64,000 bases of DNA from Macrostomum lignano (Eukaryota): assembly GCA_002269645.1 (NCBI GenBank), contig NIVC01003539.1, forward strand, positions 28,224 through 92,223. The letters run 5' to 3'. The notes beneath the pieces were generated by a model that was given only the letters and a program-made list of their open reading frames with translations, had not been told where the DNA came from and searched no databases. Each line of letters starts with the position of its first letter. Position 1 is the stretch's first letter. The position numbers and the translations under genes are program-made. Below are positions 40,010 through 52,567 of this stretch, piece after piece.

Positions 40010-40870
40010 ACTGTAACTATGTGACTATTAGTAACTAACTATAGCATTTATCATCTTTGATATTTAAATTAATAACAATGTTGTTATTAACAAGTTAAAT
40101 ATTATATAATAATTGTTTTTCTTTTTTTCTTTATATATAATCATTGTATACATTTAAAAAATGAATACAAATATTATTATTAGCATTGCTAACTATAGTT
40201 TAGATTATATATTAGTATATGCTAGGTCTAATGCTAGAAAAAATGTATGGGTCCTCATTTGTATGCCAGGACTAGAAATGTATTATTAATATAACATTTC
40301 CACTGTGTTATATACTAATCACTAATGTTTCCATTGGGATATATGCTAATATAGGCCTATGTTGAAAAATGGCAAATAGGCCTACATTGTATATGGGATA
40401 AAACAAGTAATAAGTTATTAAATAAGTTCTATGAGTTGCAATTTGCAGATTTGAGGGAAAGGGTCCAATTTGCAATTCACTATGACACTATATTGCTAAG
40501 CTACTGGCTGCCATGCATGCAATTAAAATACTAGGCCTTGGTGGATAGCTAGAATGTATGTAATTTAAATACTATGTGGTGTGGTTGTGGATAGCTGCCG
40601 TGCATATAATTTAAACACTAGGTGGACAGCTAACTATGCACACAAGCTCTCTATATATTTTAATGTTATAATTATCAGTAGAAACTGATTGGCCAAAGTT
40701 ATATGCTAGATATGATAAAAATATAATTATCATATCAGGCCTACAATTATAGATCTACTCATAAAAAAGCTACTGTTTTTATGGCATGCTAAGCTAGCCA
40801 TATATAGAGATTGCCAGCCTTCTAAATAATCAACATAATTTGCCAAGTTAGGGCCTACTTGTGCTATGCC

Positions 40871-41085
40871 CAGGGGCATAGCCAAGAATTTCCTACAGGG
40901 GGATATATACACCAAGGTGAATTTTCTATGAGAGGGATACACCAAGGTAAAAGTGCTATGACACCAAGGTAAGAGTCACATGGTAGCATGTATAGCAACA
41001 AAGGGCAACAAAAAAGTTTTGGTCAGGCTCTTTGGGGGGGATACATCCCCCCTATTGGACCCTATCCCCCCTCTCTACGCCTCTG
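40871..41085. mobile_element. Possible degenerate Harbinger-type MITE
   Basis: Imperfect inverted ends CAGGGGCATAGCC and CTCTACGCCTCTG with internal G/C runs. No TSD seen. Confidence 0.35.
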
Positions 41086-44000
41086 GCTAGGCCACCTAGC
41101 CAGAGGCTAGGCCTAGCCTAGGACTATTTCATCTTGCTGTTTAAGTACTAAGGCCTAGGCATAGTCCCTGCACCTAAGCACCTTAGTAAAAACGTTACTA
41201 AGTTATTGGTTCAGAACCGTGTTAGGCACTGTGTTAGGCAGGCCTACAAGGACAACTCAAGTAGCCAGCCAGCAGGCCTACTGGCTAGGCCCTACCCTAC
41301 TGATTTTGAAACTGGAATTTAGATGGATTTAATTCTGTCTATGACGTTTCCTGTAAAGGCTAGAATATTTAAATAACTTTAATTCTTTCATTTTCCTACA
41401 GATAAGATAGTTCCAGATCAATTTTTTGTTTTGGAACCAGTTCTTATTACAAGGTTAACAAAACAACAGTCATGCTCAGGCATGCTCATGCACCTGCATG
41501 TGCGATATTAGCTCGATATCGGGTCTGTATAAAAGCTAGCACTGGCATCACTGGCATCAATGTAGTTAAACAAAAGTTTTATGAAATTTTAATTCACTAA
41601 CAACTCGATGTTTTTTTAAACACAATTTATGTCGTTTTTTACAAATTAATGCATTAGCTGTTAAGAAATTTGTCTATAAAGCTTCAGCTTTATTGATATC
41701 TAAAAGATTCAATATTCAACTCATAGCCACTAAATTTTATTCTAGGTACACGTAGTATTGTATAAAAGCTACGTATTGTATAAAAGCTAAGCTATAAAAT
41801 TATAAATGCAAATTGATGATTGCACGCTTGTATGTATATGAACGGAACTTAAAGTGTATAAATCTGTGATTTTTACTTATACTATACTAATAAATCTTAA
41901 TTTTACTTAATAAGGTGATTTCATTTCATCCGAAGTCATTCGATCATATACTAAATATTTGGATGCTACATTCGTTCGTGGTTCGTTCAAGTAAAAACCA
42001 AGGATAATATAAAAATAACTAAACTGAAAGTCAAGGATACAAATTTCTTGGACATAAAATAGCTACATTGTTCAGGATTTGACTGAAAAATGTACACTCC
42101 CACAATCATGTTTTTTATTTGCATATATTAGCCTTGGTACACTTTGTAGTATCCTTCTTGAAGTATTGATTTGGCGGCCGTATACTTTATAACTGAAAAT
42201 TTATGTGTGAAAACTCACACAATATTTGAACGAAAGCACTATGAAACTTGCATGAAACAATTAAATTTGGCGATATAAACATTAATTGCAACCATGAAAA
42301 AGAGGTATATAATTTTTAAGAAAAGAAATTCATAATTTCCAAAGAAAGTAAAAATACATTTAAAATGAGCAAGAAGCAACATTACCTGCTAAATTTTTGT
42401 GTTGTCAAAGTCCCAGAAGAAGCAAACTAGATGCTGAAATATAGATTATTTTTATTTTGAGACAATACAGAAATATTTAATCAACAACCATGCAAACTCT
42501 TTGTAATGAAAAATAACTAAAGGATCAAGGAATAAAACTGTAAACATGACAAGAAAAAAACTATAAGTAAAAACATAAACATGAGATGACATGTAAATTT
42601 TTGGTGAATTATGAATGGATTTTCTTGATAGGAAAATTTATTATTAAAAAGTTAGTATTTTCTCATTAAAAATTCACAAAATGAAGCTGGGTAGTTGCAT
42701 TTCCATGCTACTTTTATACCTACTGAATTACAAGGAACTGGCAAGTATAGCCTGAGACTGCCTACAGCCAAAACCAGGTGTGTGTACATCCAGATGTTGT
42801 TGCCAGAAGGTCGCTTAAGGAAACAGAGTCGCAGTGCCCTACTAATAGGTAACTTCGCATTGGCGTTTTGTTGCGACCTTGCAATTTTCGTTACGCCACC
42901 ATTGTAATTTTTGTTAACTGGTTAAGTAACCATAGTAAAATTTCTATACATGTAAAAGGAAGTGATGTAATTACTCTGTATGTATATACGAGCGTAGAAT
43001 TACTTTTTCATGCAATAAATGTATGTGTGTCATGTTGAAAATTATCTAGAACAATTAGTTGACTTTAAGACATCATTTACTGACCTAATAAGTGTACATA
43101 TTGCTTCGAATTAAAGACGGCCTAATCAAATAAAATTTAATATTGTGGCCGAGTTACAGCCCACAGACATGCATCCAGATGGGGGCTAAGACGGATATTC
43201 TCTGAGTTAATCAACAAATCAGGGCAGATATAACCGTCTGAGCTAAACAGAATTAAATGTATTAAGATCGACATGCAAAGCTGATATGAAAGAAATCAAA
43301 GGTGGATTATGCACTCAATGTGCCATAATGCAGTATGTATACAGGTTACATATATACAGTTGGCTCAAGCTCAAGTAATTGAAGACACGCAGTGTTCAGT
43401 GATAAGAAAGAACTGTATATTTTGTTCATTGAAAAATTGCAATTCATTTTATGATTTTACACAAATTTAAATTTTGTGCCATATAGGAGCAAAGGCAGAG
43501 TGCAAAAAACGAAGTTCATAGCGAGGCTCGAGAAAATGATAACGATAAAAAGGAGTTTATTGTCATTTGATTAGCTTGTATAAAATGCATATCAAGTCAA
43601 TGCAAAATGCCAGTGGAAATTAAAAAAATCGATGATTTAGAATTTTGCTTATTACGTTCTTAAAAAGTGCAATCCTATATACTAAAAATGAGTTGTCTGT
43701 ATGTATGTATGTATATGGGTATGCGATTGATTTCAGAAAAAACGGCTCAACCGATTTTCTTCAAACTTGCATCATTCGATCAGAAATTTTCCTGGCACAG
43801 TACATGCATCTTGGCTAAGAAATTGCTCAATGTTAAAGGGATTAAATATTCGAAAAACACGCTTTTTTGCAAAGGTCAAGCAAAATTTTCGACTTGAAAT
43901 GCATTGTAAGAATGCTAGAGAAAAAACTGACTGACTGAATTTCAATTCTGATAAAGATTGCATCACAACAAGTTGAAAACAGTGCCGAAGAAATGCACAC

Positions 44001-44289
44001 ACGACTTGATTGAAATTGCGTAACCATATTGCTAACTCGAAGTGAGACTGATACTGGCTGACTGAGAAATTGATTATGTCATAACTTTTTACTCCAATTG
44101 ACTTGCTGTAAGAATTGAATTATAAGGGCCACAATTCATGTTCTCCAATTGAAAAGAGATAGCCCTGATGCGAACAGACTGGAATGCTAATGTAGCGACC
44201 TGGGTTCGAGTCTTAGAAGCGCAAAATAATTTTTTTATTAAAACACCTTAAAAACTAAAAAACTGCTAAACATAAAAAAAGCGCAATAG

Positions 44290-47200
44290 AAGAGCCACCA
44301 TGTCAAACCTAAAGGAGCCACCATGTCGAACATTAAAGAACCACCATGTCGAACATAAAAGAGCCACCATATCGAACATAAAAGAGTTACCATGTTAAAA
44401 ATTAAAGAGCCACCATGTCGAACATAGAAGAGCCACCATGTCGAACATAGAAGAGCCACCATGTCAAACATTAAAGAGCCACCATTTCAAACCTAAAGGA
44501 GCCACCATGTCGAAAATTAAAGAGCCACCATGTCGAACATAAAAGAGCCACCATATCAAACATAAAAGAGTTACCATGTCAAACATTAAAGAGCCACATT
44601 GTCAAGCATTAAAGACCCACCATTTCAAACCTAAAATAGTTACCATGTCAAACATTAAATAGCCACCATGTCAAACATTAAAGAGCCACCATGTCGAACA
44701 TAAAAGAGCCACCATATTAAACATAAAAGAGTTACCATGTCAAACATTAAAGAGCCACCATGTCGAACATTAAAGAGCCACCATGTCAAACATTAAAGAG
44801 CCACCATGTCGAACATTAAAGAGCCACCTTGTCAAATATTAAAGAGCCACCATTTCAAACCTAAAGAAGCCACCATGTCGAACATACAAGAGCCACCATG
44901 TCGAACATAGAAAAGCCACCATGTCAAACATTAAAGAGTCACCATGTCAAACATTAAAGAGCCACCGTTTCAAACCTAAAAGAGCCACCATGTTAAAAAT
45001 TAAAGAGCCACCATGTCAAACATAAAACAGACACCATTAAGAACATTAAAGAGCCACCATGTCAAATATAAAACAGCCACCATTTCGAAAATTAAGGAGC
45101 CACCATTTCAAAAATTTAAGAGCCGCTATGTTAAACATTAAAGGGCCACCTTGTCAAATATTAAAGAGCCACCATTTCAAACCTAAAAGAGCGACCCTGT
45201 CGAACATACAAGAGCCACCATGTCGAACATAAAAGAGCCACCATGTCGAACATACAAGAGCCACCATGTCGAACATAGAAAAGCCACCATGTCGAACATA
45301 GAAAAGCCACCATGTTAAACATTAAAGAGCCAATATTTCAAACCTAAAGGAGCCACCATGTCGAACATAAAAGAGTCACCATGTTAAAAATTAAAGAGCC
45401 ACCATGTCGAACATTAAAGAGCCACCATTTCAAACATTAAAGAGCCACCATGTCAAACATTAAAGAGCCACCGGTTCAAACCTAAAAGAGCCACCATGTC
45501 GAACATTAAAGAGCCACCATGTCAAACATAAAACAGACACCATGTCAAACATTAAAGAGCCACCATGTCAAACATTAAAGAGCCACCGGTTCAAACCTAA
45601 AAGAGCCACCATGTCGAACATTAAAAAGCCACCATGTCAAACATTAAAGAGCCACATTGTCAAACATTAAAAAGCCACCATTTCAAACCTAAAAGAGCCA
45701 CCATGTCAAACATTAAAGAGCCACCATGTCAAACATTAAAGAGCCACCTTGTCAAATATTAAAGAGCCACCATTTCAAACCTAAAGAAGCCACCATGTCG
45801 AACATACAAGAGCCACCATGTCGAACATTAAAGAGCCACCATATCAAACATAAAAGAGTTACCATGTCAAACATTAAAGAGCCACCATGTCAAACATTAA
45901 AGAGCCACCATGTCGAACATAAAAGAGCCACCATATCAAACATAAAAGAGTTACCATGTCAAACATTAAAGAGCCACCATGTCGAACATTAAAGAGCCAC
46001 CATGTCAAACATTAAAGAGCCACCTTGTCAAATATTAAAGAGCCACCATTTCAAACCTAAAAGAGCCACCATGTCGAACATTAAAGAGCCACCTTGTCAA
46101 ATATTAAAGAGCCACCATTTCAAACCTAAAGAAGCCACCATGTCGAACATACAAGAGCCACCATGTCGAACATAAAAGAGCCACCATATCAAACATAAAA
46201 GAGTTACCATGTTAAAAATTAAAGAGCCACCATGTCGAACATAAAAGAGCAACCATGTCAAACATAAAACAGACACCATTAAGAACATTAAAGAGCCACC
46301 ATGTCGAACATTAAAGAGCCACCATGTCAAATATAAAACAGCCACCATTTCGAAAATTTAAGAGCCGCCATGTTAAACATTAAAGGGCCACCTTGTCAAA
46401 TATTAAAGAGCCACCATTTCAAACCTAAAAGAGCGACCCTGTCGAACATACAAGAGCCACAATGTCGAACATAAAAGAGCAGCTATGTAGAACATAAAAG
46501 AGCCACCATGTCAAACATAAAAAAGCCACCATGTCAAACATAAAAGAGCCAACATGAAGAACATTAAAGAGCCACCATGTCGACCATTAAAAGAGCCACC
46601 ATGTCGAACATACAAGAGCCACCATGTCGAACATAGAAAAGCCACCATGTCGAACATAGAAAAGCCACCATGTTAAACATTAAAGAGCCAATATTTCAAA
46701 CCTTAAGGAGCCACCATGTCGAACATAAAAGAGTCACCATGTTAAAAATTAAAGAGCCACCATGTCGAACATTAAAGAGCCACCATGTCGAACATTAAAG
46801 AGCCACCATGTCAAACATAAAACAGACACCATGTCAAACATTAAAGAGCCACCGGTTCAAACCTAAAAGAGCCACCATGTCGAACATTAAAGAGCCACCT
46901 TGTCAAATATTAAAGAGCCACCATTTCAAACCTAAAGGAGCCACCATGTCGAACATTAAAAAGCCACCATGTCGAACATTAAAAAGCCAACATGTCAAAC
47001 ATAAAAGAGCCACCATGTCAAACCTAAAAAAGCCACCATGTCAAACATAGAAGAGCCACCATGTCAAACATAATAGAGCCACCATGTCAAACATTAAAGA
47101 GCCACCATGTCAAACATAGAAGAGCCACTATGTCAAACATAAAAGAGCCACCATGTCGAACATAAAAGAGTCACCATGTTAAAAATTAAAGAGCCACCAT

Positions 47201-47709
47201 GTCGAACATTAAAGAGCCACCATGTCGAACATTAAAGAGCCACCATGTCGAACATTAAAGAGCCACCATATCAAACATAAAAGAGTTACCATGTCAAACA
47301 TTAAAGAGCCACCATGTCGAACATTAAAGAGCCACCATATCAAACATAAAACAGACACCATGTCAAACATTAAAGAGCCACCATGTCGAACATTAAAGAG
47401 CCACCATGTCAAACATAAAACAGCCACCATTTCGAAAATTAAGGAGCCACCATTTCGAAAATTAAAGAGCCGCCATGTTAACCATTAAAGGGCCACCATG
47501 TCAAACATTAAAGAGCCACCATGTCGAACATAAAAGAGCCACCATGTCGAACATTAAAGAGCCACCATGTCAAACATTAAAGAGCCACCGGTTCAAACCT
47601 AAAAGAGCCACCGTGTCGAACATAAAAAAGTCAACATGTCAAACATAAAAGAGCCACCATGTCAAACCTAAAAAAGCCACCATGTCAAACATAGAAGAGC
47701 CACCATGTC
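44290..47709. repeat. 23-bp satellite GAGCCACCATGTCGAACATTAAA; resumes at 62436 to about 62545
   Basis: Well over 100 variant units. The register continues across the Polinton insertion. Confidence 0.97.
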
Positions 47710-47801
47710 AGTAGTATACGTTTTTTTGACACAAAGCCGATTTCCTTATGGCGAAATACATAGTAAGTACAGGCCCAAAAAAATGGCAGAGTCTGAAATT
47801 T
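47710..47801 (+). repeat. Left terminal inverted repeat (92 bp)
   Basis: Reverse complement of 62344-62435 with one mismatch. Confidence 0.97.
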
Positions 47802-48047
47802 GCCGTGCACGCAAACTAGCTTTTACGCAATGAATTAACCAATTAGCTGAATCACTTTTACGCAAACACCTGTCTATCCACCTAAATTCTATCCGCAATG
47901 AATGCAGCTAATTACAAGCCCAACCAAAATTCAATTTGACACAAAGCTTATTTCGCGTATAACTTAACGCATTTAAATTCTTCTTTTCAAGCAGTATTGT
48001 ATATTTCAACTAGATACAAACACAATTTGACGCACAAATTAGCGAGT

Positions 48048-48611
48048 TTACAAATATTGAGGCAGCACTCGTAAAACAAAATTGCGTAATTTAGCATACA
48101 AGTATCGAAACGAACCAGTGCGAATTATATTCCGTTTAAAAGCGCTTCGAATAAAACACTCTAGGTTTCCTCTGGTAGTCAACTTATGAAAAATATAAAA
48201 AATTACCCAAAATCCACAACTTCCACTCTGTGGGTCTTGGATAGCAAAGCGACTATAACACCAATTTTTCGAATTTCCACATTCTTTTCCTAGCCATTTT
48301 GCTATTCTTGGCAATGGTACTAGACCAAGAGAATCAAAATATTCACCAAGTCGTTTGCTACCGCGACCTGCTCGATGACCATAAACCCAAACGCATACCC
48401 AATGTTTTCCGGGCAGGTTGGAGACGTCAGTATTAACGATAAAAAAATAGTCTTTACCGTCTAAAGGTAAGCGTCTAAGTCCACCAACAAAGTTTTGAGG
48501 AAAAACACCAAGAAATACAACATTTAAAAAATGTGCGCACAATTTCGATACAACATTGCGAAGGAAGCGATCTGTTACACCACGATCTAGGATAGAATCA
48601 ATTACTTCCAT
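48048..48611 (-). CDS. Adenain-like cysteine maturation protease
   Basis: IVNTD...PGKHW (His), EYFDSLG (Asp), IQDPQSGSCGFW (Gln, Cys). Overlaps the MCP stop by 10 nt. Confidence 0.93.
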   Translation of the reverse strand: MEVIDSILDRGVTDRFLRNVVSKLCAHFLNVVFLGVFPQNFVGGLRRLPLDGKDYFFIVNTDVSNLPGKHWVCVWVYGHRAGRGSKRLGEYFDSLGLVPLPRIAKWLGKECGNSKNWCYSRFAIQDPQSGSCGFWVIFYIFHKLTTRGNLECFIRSAFKRNIIRTGSFRYLYAKLRNFVLRVLPQYL

Positions 48612-49924
48612 ACTGTGCCAGGAACAATGTCGCGAAGTTCAGTCAGTTGCAGTTGCTTGTCAAATATACCTCCAAATATGACGTTGTACACGGTACTAGT
48701 TGCAGCATTGAAGCGTAACTCTAGTTTTACATTTCCTTCCTTATACAGTTGCACTCCCCGTCCGACACCAGGTTCACTTCCAAGACTGAATGCAAAAATT
48801 GAGTAACCATTGGCGTAATCCAGCATATTAAATCCAATATCTCGTCCCTGTAGATAGATTCCAAGCTGTTGTAGCAAAAAATTATACTCTGTCACACAAT
48901 CATCTCCAAAGTTTGTCTGCAGCGGACGCGATGGTACCGAGTCTCCATTCACAAACACACCAATGCTGCTCACATTTGCATGCTCAAAGTTGAACGGATT
49001 TGTGTCCATGCTTCCATTGAATGCCTTGTTGCTTACGATTGCCATCAATAAAAGCCGTGGTACCCCACTAGGAAACAAATTTTCATGCGTATGGCTAGAC
49101 GATCCTCGGGGTATAGTAAACGTACCAAGGCTTAGACTTCGGTGCGGATATAATGCATTGTGACTTTTAAGTCCATGAGCATGTGCACTGATAACACTCG
49201 GCGAGGGTTGAACAAACCGCAATCGTAGTTCTGCACGCAAAAACTTGATCTCATAGTCTTTTAAAACCGCACCAGCTTCTAATGTTGACCCGCTCAGGAC
49301 AAATTTACTTTTTGCCGGTATGAGCTTGATCCGTAGTGGTGTCTTTGATAGTAGATACCGAGGCTGACGAAACAAATCCAAGAATAACGGCCCCGATACA
49401 GTGCACCGCCTATTGTTAGCAATGAGCGCCTGCCTCTTTGTTCGTCCATCGTTTTCACTTGTTGCATTCATTTTACCAGCTGTATCCTTGTAAAACCCCC
49501 ACGGCAGTAAACCAGCCTTCTGAGCTGTATGTCCATATTCCAGTAATGTAAGAAGCATAGCCTTGTATGGATACATAAAACTACCACCTTCAACTACAGT
49601 ATCGCCAATAGTAAATTGAACGTCCTCAAACAATGTTCCAATAACCAAATTATTCAAACAAACAAAATTTTTCGTTGCATCTATAGGTTCACCTTCACTA
49701 TCACTAACGCTGAAGCATACCGTGAGCACAGTTTCTTGTAGATCCAAATACAAATCGCCTGCAGGCACAACTTCAAATTCGATAGGTGATCCTTTTGTAA
49801 TACCATGTTGCGGTTGAATGTTAGTATATCGATTATCCAAAACACTAAACTGAACAGGACTTTGATCAAATAGCGACAATTCACTTTTAAGAGCAGCAAT
49901 ATCAGGTCCAAGCAAATGGTTCAT
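48602..49924 (-). CDS. Major capsid protein (double jelly-roll, Polinton hexon-like)
   Basis: 440 aa from ATG 49924. KSELSLF...P.Q...GSPIEF...DLYLDLQETVL, GPLFLDLFRQPRYL, FNGSMDTNPFNFEH and EGNVKLELRF recalled as Polinton MCP motifs. Confidence 0.88.
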   Translation of the reverse strand: MNHLLGPDIAALKSELSLFDQSPVQFSVLDNRYTNIQPQHGITKGSPIEFEVVPAGDLYLDLQETVLTVCFSVSDSEGEPIDATKNFVCLNNLVIGTLFEDVQFTIGDTVVEGGSFMYPYKAMLLTLLEYGHTAQKAGLLPWGFYKDTAGKMNATSENDGRTKRQALIANNRRCTVSGPLFLDLFRQPRYLLSKTPLRIKLIPAKSKFVLSGSTLEAGAVLKDYEIKFLRAELRLRFVQPSPSVISAHAHGLKSHNALYPHRSLSLGTFTIPRGSSSHTHENLFPSGVPRLLLMAIVSNKAFNGSMDTNPFNFEHANVSSIGVFVNGDSVPSRPLQTNFGDDCVTEYNFLLQQLGIYLQGRDIGFNMLDYANGYSIFAFSLGSEPGVGRGVQLYKEGNVKLELRFNAATSTVYNVIFGGIFDKQLQLTELRDIVPGTVWK

Positions 49925-49925
49925 G

Positions 49926-50384
49926 CTACTTTTCAAACAGACTAAAAAGTTTCTTGCTTGCAGTAGCAGTTCGACGTTTTCCTATACCACCGGTCTTCTT
50001 GCGTTTTCTTTTGTTCACGCGTCCCTTTCCACACTGTCTTGTTCGTCGTTTCTTTTGCCGTTTCTTCTTTCCTAAGCTTATAGCCACTCCACTGGTTCTT
50101 TTCCTTCGCTTTGGTCTCGAAACTGCAGTTGTATTAAACATCTCTTCGCTCGATTCTGTGTCCAAGTGACGCTTCCGACCCATACCAATTTTTGCTGTCG
50201 CACTTTTCAAATACTCCAGACCACGATCCAAGAAATCTTTCTTTGCGTTGCGTAGTACAGGATACACCAATCTGTCCGCCAAATTTGACAAAAAACCGTA
50301 ACCTTCGTAAACAGGAATGCCATATCCACCTCCACCTTCAGCAGATCTATTCGGACCAGAATAAAAAGCAAAAATAGGATCCAT
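49926..50384 (-). CDS. Basic putative virion core / DNA-condensing protein
   Basis: ATG 50384. Gly-rich GGGGYG...YEGYGFL head and a very Lys/Arg-rich C-terminus. Position between integrase and MCP. Confidence 0.7.
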   Translation of the reverse strand: MDPIFAFYSGPNRSAEGGGGYGIPVYEGYGFLSNLADRLVYPVLRNAKKDFLDRGLEYLKSATAKIGMGRKRHLDTESSEEMFNTTAVSRPKRRKRTSGVAISLGKKKRQKKRRTRQCGKGRVNKRKRKKTGGIGKRRTATASKKLFSLFEK

Positions 50385-50425
50385 TTCAACAGTCTTCTCT
50401 TCGTCATGCAATCCCAATTCATGTG

Positions 50426-51586
50426 TTACTTATACACTTTAGAAAATAGTTTAGCAGTCTTTGCGTCAAGATCATTTTCGTTTAACCACTGACTTCTTGA
50501 GATTGGCATACCTTTCCATTTTACTAGATACAGACGACTTCCATTTTTCGCTCGATCAGTTTCAATAACTTTTTCAATTTCATTAGGTGTTTCATCTGTC
50601 TCGTTTACCAACATTAGTTCCGCTTGGTTAAACCTTCCTTTCAGCACTTCAAATCCATCTTCAGGGTCCACTAATTCGTACATTGGCGGGTCTGTCAAGT
50701 GTACACGATGAATGCGATATTTTGAATTACTCCAAGTCGTAGTGTATCCTTTTTCAAATGTTCCTCGACGTCGTGTAATTCTAACCCAATCACCAACTTT
50801 AAATTTATTCTCATTCTTTTTAGTGTACGACTTCGCAAACATTTTGTCCCACAAAATTCCTTGTAAATGCGGGTCTGTCTCTACCCGTTTTGGTGTTTCT
50901 CCACTCAAGGATCGATGAGGACTAGAGTTGAAATTATCTTCCAATTGCGGTAAAATGTCAAACCATCGAGGTAAATTTTTTGCTCGAAAGTATCGTAATA
51001 GACGTTCCTTTAACGAGCGGATAAATCGTTCAGCCATGCTTGCCTTGTAATTGCTTTGGCTAACAAAAAATCGAACTCCTTCCTGTTTCAGCATTTGACG
51101 TGTAGCTCTTCCGAGAAACTCCATACCAGCATCACCTTGTAAATAAACAGGCTTAAAACCACTTCGAAAAATCTCTAGTAATACTTGACTAACTTCTGAA
51201 GGCTTCTTTGTACGCAATGGTCTTAGTCGTACAACTCTAGTAAAACAGTCGATAAGAACAAGTATGTAACGATAACCTCGATTTTCCGTCTTGTATTGAG
51301 GTAAATCTGCCAAATCGATTTGAAACTGAAACTTTGCAACTGGTGGCACACTAATTTTTGGAGTTGGAAAGTTTCGTCGTGTTTTTCGAAATAAATGATG
51401 CTCATTTGTTGATCGCACCCAATTATCAACTTCGCGCTTTGCAACTTTGTTCGTAATCTGTGGAAACTTTTTACGTACTTCACGAACAAGTATAGTCTTG
51501 TTACCACTAAATGAAGTAGGCCTGTTCAAGTTAAAAAAAGCATCCGTCAAAAATTCTTCAATTTCCTTACGCACTCGCTTCATCAT
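50426..51586 (-). CDS. RVE (DDE) integrase with C-terminal chromodomain
   Basis: FQIDLADL (D), YLQGDAGMEF (D), KASMAERFIRSLKERL (E). Chromodomain EIEKVI...YLVKWKGMP...QWLNENDL. Confidence 0.96.
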   Translation of the reverse strand: MMKRVRKEIEEFLTDAFFNLNRPTSFSGNKTILVREVRKKFPQITNKVAKREVDNWVRSTNEHHLFRKTRRNFPTPKISVPPVAKFQFQIDLADLPQYKTENRGYRYILVLIDCFTRVVRLRPLRTKKPSEVSQVLLEIFRSGFKPVYLQGDAGMEFLGRATRQMLKQEGVRFFVSQSNYKASMAERFIRSLKERLLRYFRAKNLPRWFDILPQLEDNFNSSPHRSLSGETPKRVETDPHLQGILWDKMFAKSYTKKNENKFKVGDWVRITRRRGTFEKGYTTTWSNSKYRIHRVHLTDPPMYELVDPEDGFEVLKGRFNQAELMLVNETDETPNEIEKVIETDRAKNGSRLYLVKWKGMPISRSQWLNENDLDAKTAKLFSKVYK

Positions 51587-51867
51587 CAGTTAGATTGATG
51601 CTAGTCGTTTGACAGTTGCAACAAAAGAACGAAGCCTCGATCGAATCTCCGTCAGTATCCTCGTTGTGCTCCTTTCCCAGAAACGGCACACATTCAGATT
51701 TTATGCAAAAAAACTCACAGAGACGAATCAAAAGTTTTTGGAAGATAGATGACATGGTTTGTCTTATTAAACTATATATTTTTCATAAACAAAAAATTAA
51801 CCTTTTTAAAAAGCTTATAGTGCTCGAATCAATTTTGTTAAAACGTAATCTGTAATTTTAAAACAAC

Positions 51868-52557
51868 TTAATTCAGTGTTTGATAATTTTCAAACAGACT
51901 AAGATCCTCCTTTGCAACAGTTTTTGGAGCAGACATTAGCTCGTTTCGTACATGACGCCCGATTTGGTTTGCTGCGATTCCACGTTTTCGAAGAAAGTCT
52001 AAAAATGTTTTTAGTCCACTAGGCGGTTGAGTCTCGTGTCGCTTAAGCGGTCTGTCTCGAACAACATATTCCATGAGATCTTGTATCTCGGCATCAGTCA
52101 AATTAGCCAGCATTGGTTCTGCATTCTTGTCCATGTCCGAAAATAGGTTTTGAGCGAGAGCTTCGAAACGTGGTAAAAAAACTTTAGGAATTTCCCTTGA
52201 TTCGCTGGCATATGAACTTCTTACAGTAGTCCCTTTGCGAACAAGTGACAGATTGTCCTCGTCTCCAGTGCGATAGACTTTGCGCAATTTTAAAAGTTTG
52301 TCTTCCAATCTGCTTCGTTTCAATTGAGCTGTGTAATTTGGCTCCTTTTCCATTTCCTTGTCCAAGTTATCCATTTGGTCTCTCATTTCCACCATATTTT
52401 TTGCCAGAGCATCTTGCGGTGCGTCTAAAACTTCAGTTTTTCGAGGTGTCTCAGCAGTTGGTGACGATCCTTGCTCTGCACCTTGACATGCAGATTGATA
52501 CACAGATTCAGGTACTAGATACATTCGTTGAAAACTACTACTCTCGTTAGTTCGCAT
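51868..52557 (-). CDS. Hypothetical Polinton protein (229 aa, coiled-coil-rich)
   Basis: Clean ATG-to-stop ORF in the gene array. N-terminal RMYLVPE resembles the KMxLVP starts I recall from Polinton proteins. Confidence 0.7.
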   Translation of the reverse strand: MRTNESSSFQRMYLVPESVYQSACQGAEQGSSPTAETPRKTEVLDAPQDALAKNMVEMRDQMDNLDKEMEKEPNYTAQLKRSRLEDKLLKLRKVYRTGDEDNLSLVRKGTTVRSSYASESREIPKVFLPRFEALAQNLFSDMDKNAEPMLANLTDAEIQDLMEYVVRDRPLKRHETQPPSGLKTFLDFLRKRGIAANQIGRHVRNELMSAPKTVAKEDLSLFENYQTLN

Positions 52558-52567
52558 TATATTCCTA

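Noticed and set aside
44290-47709. Satellite unit contains a perfect Kozak sequence GCCACCATG
   Set aside because: Following frames are short and repetitive, and the vertebrate Kozak consensus has no evident relevance here. Treated as coincidence.
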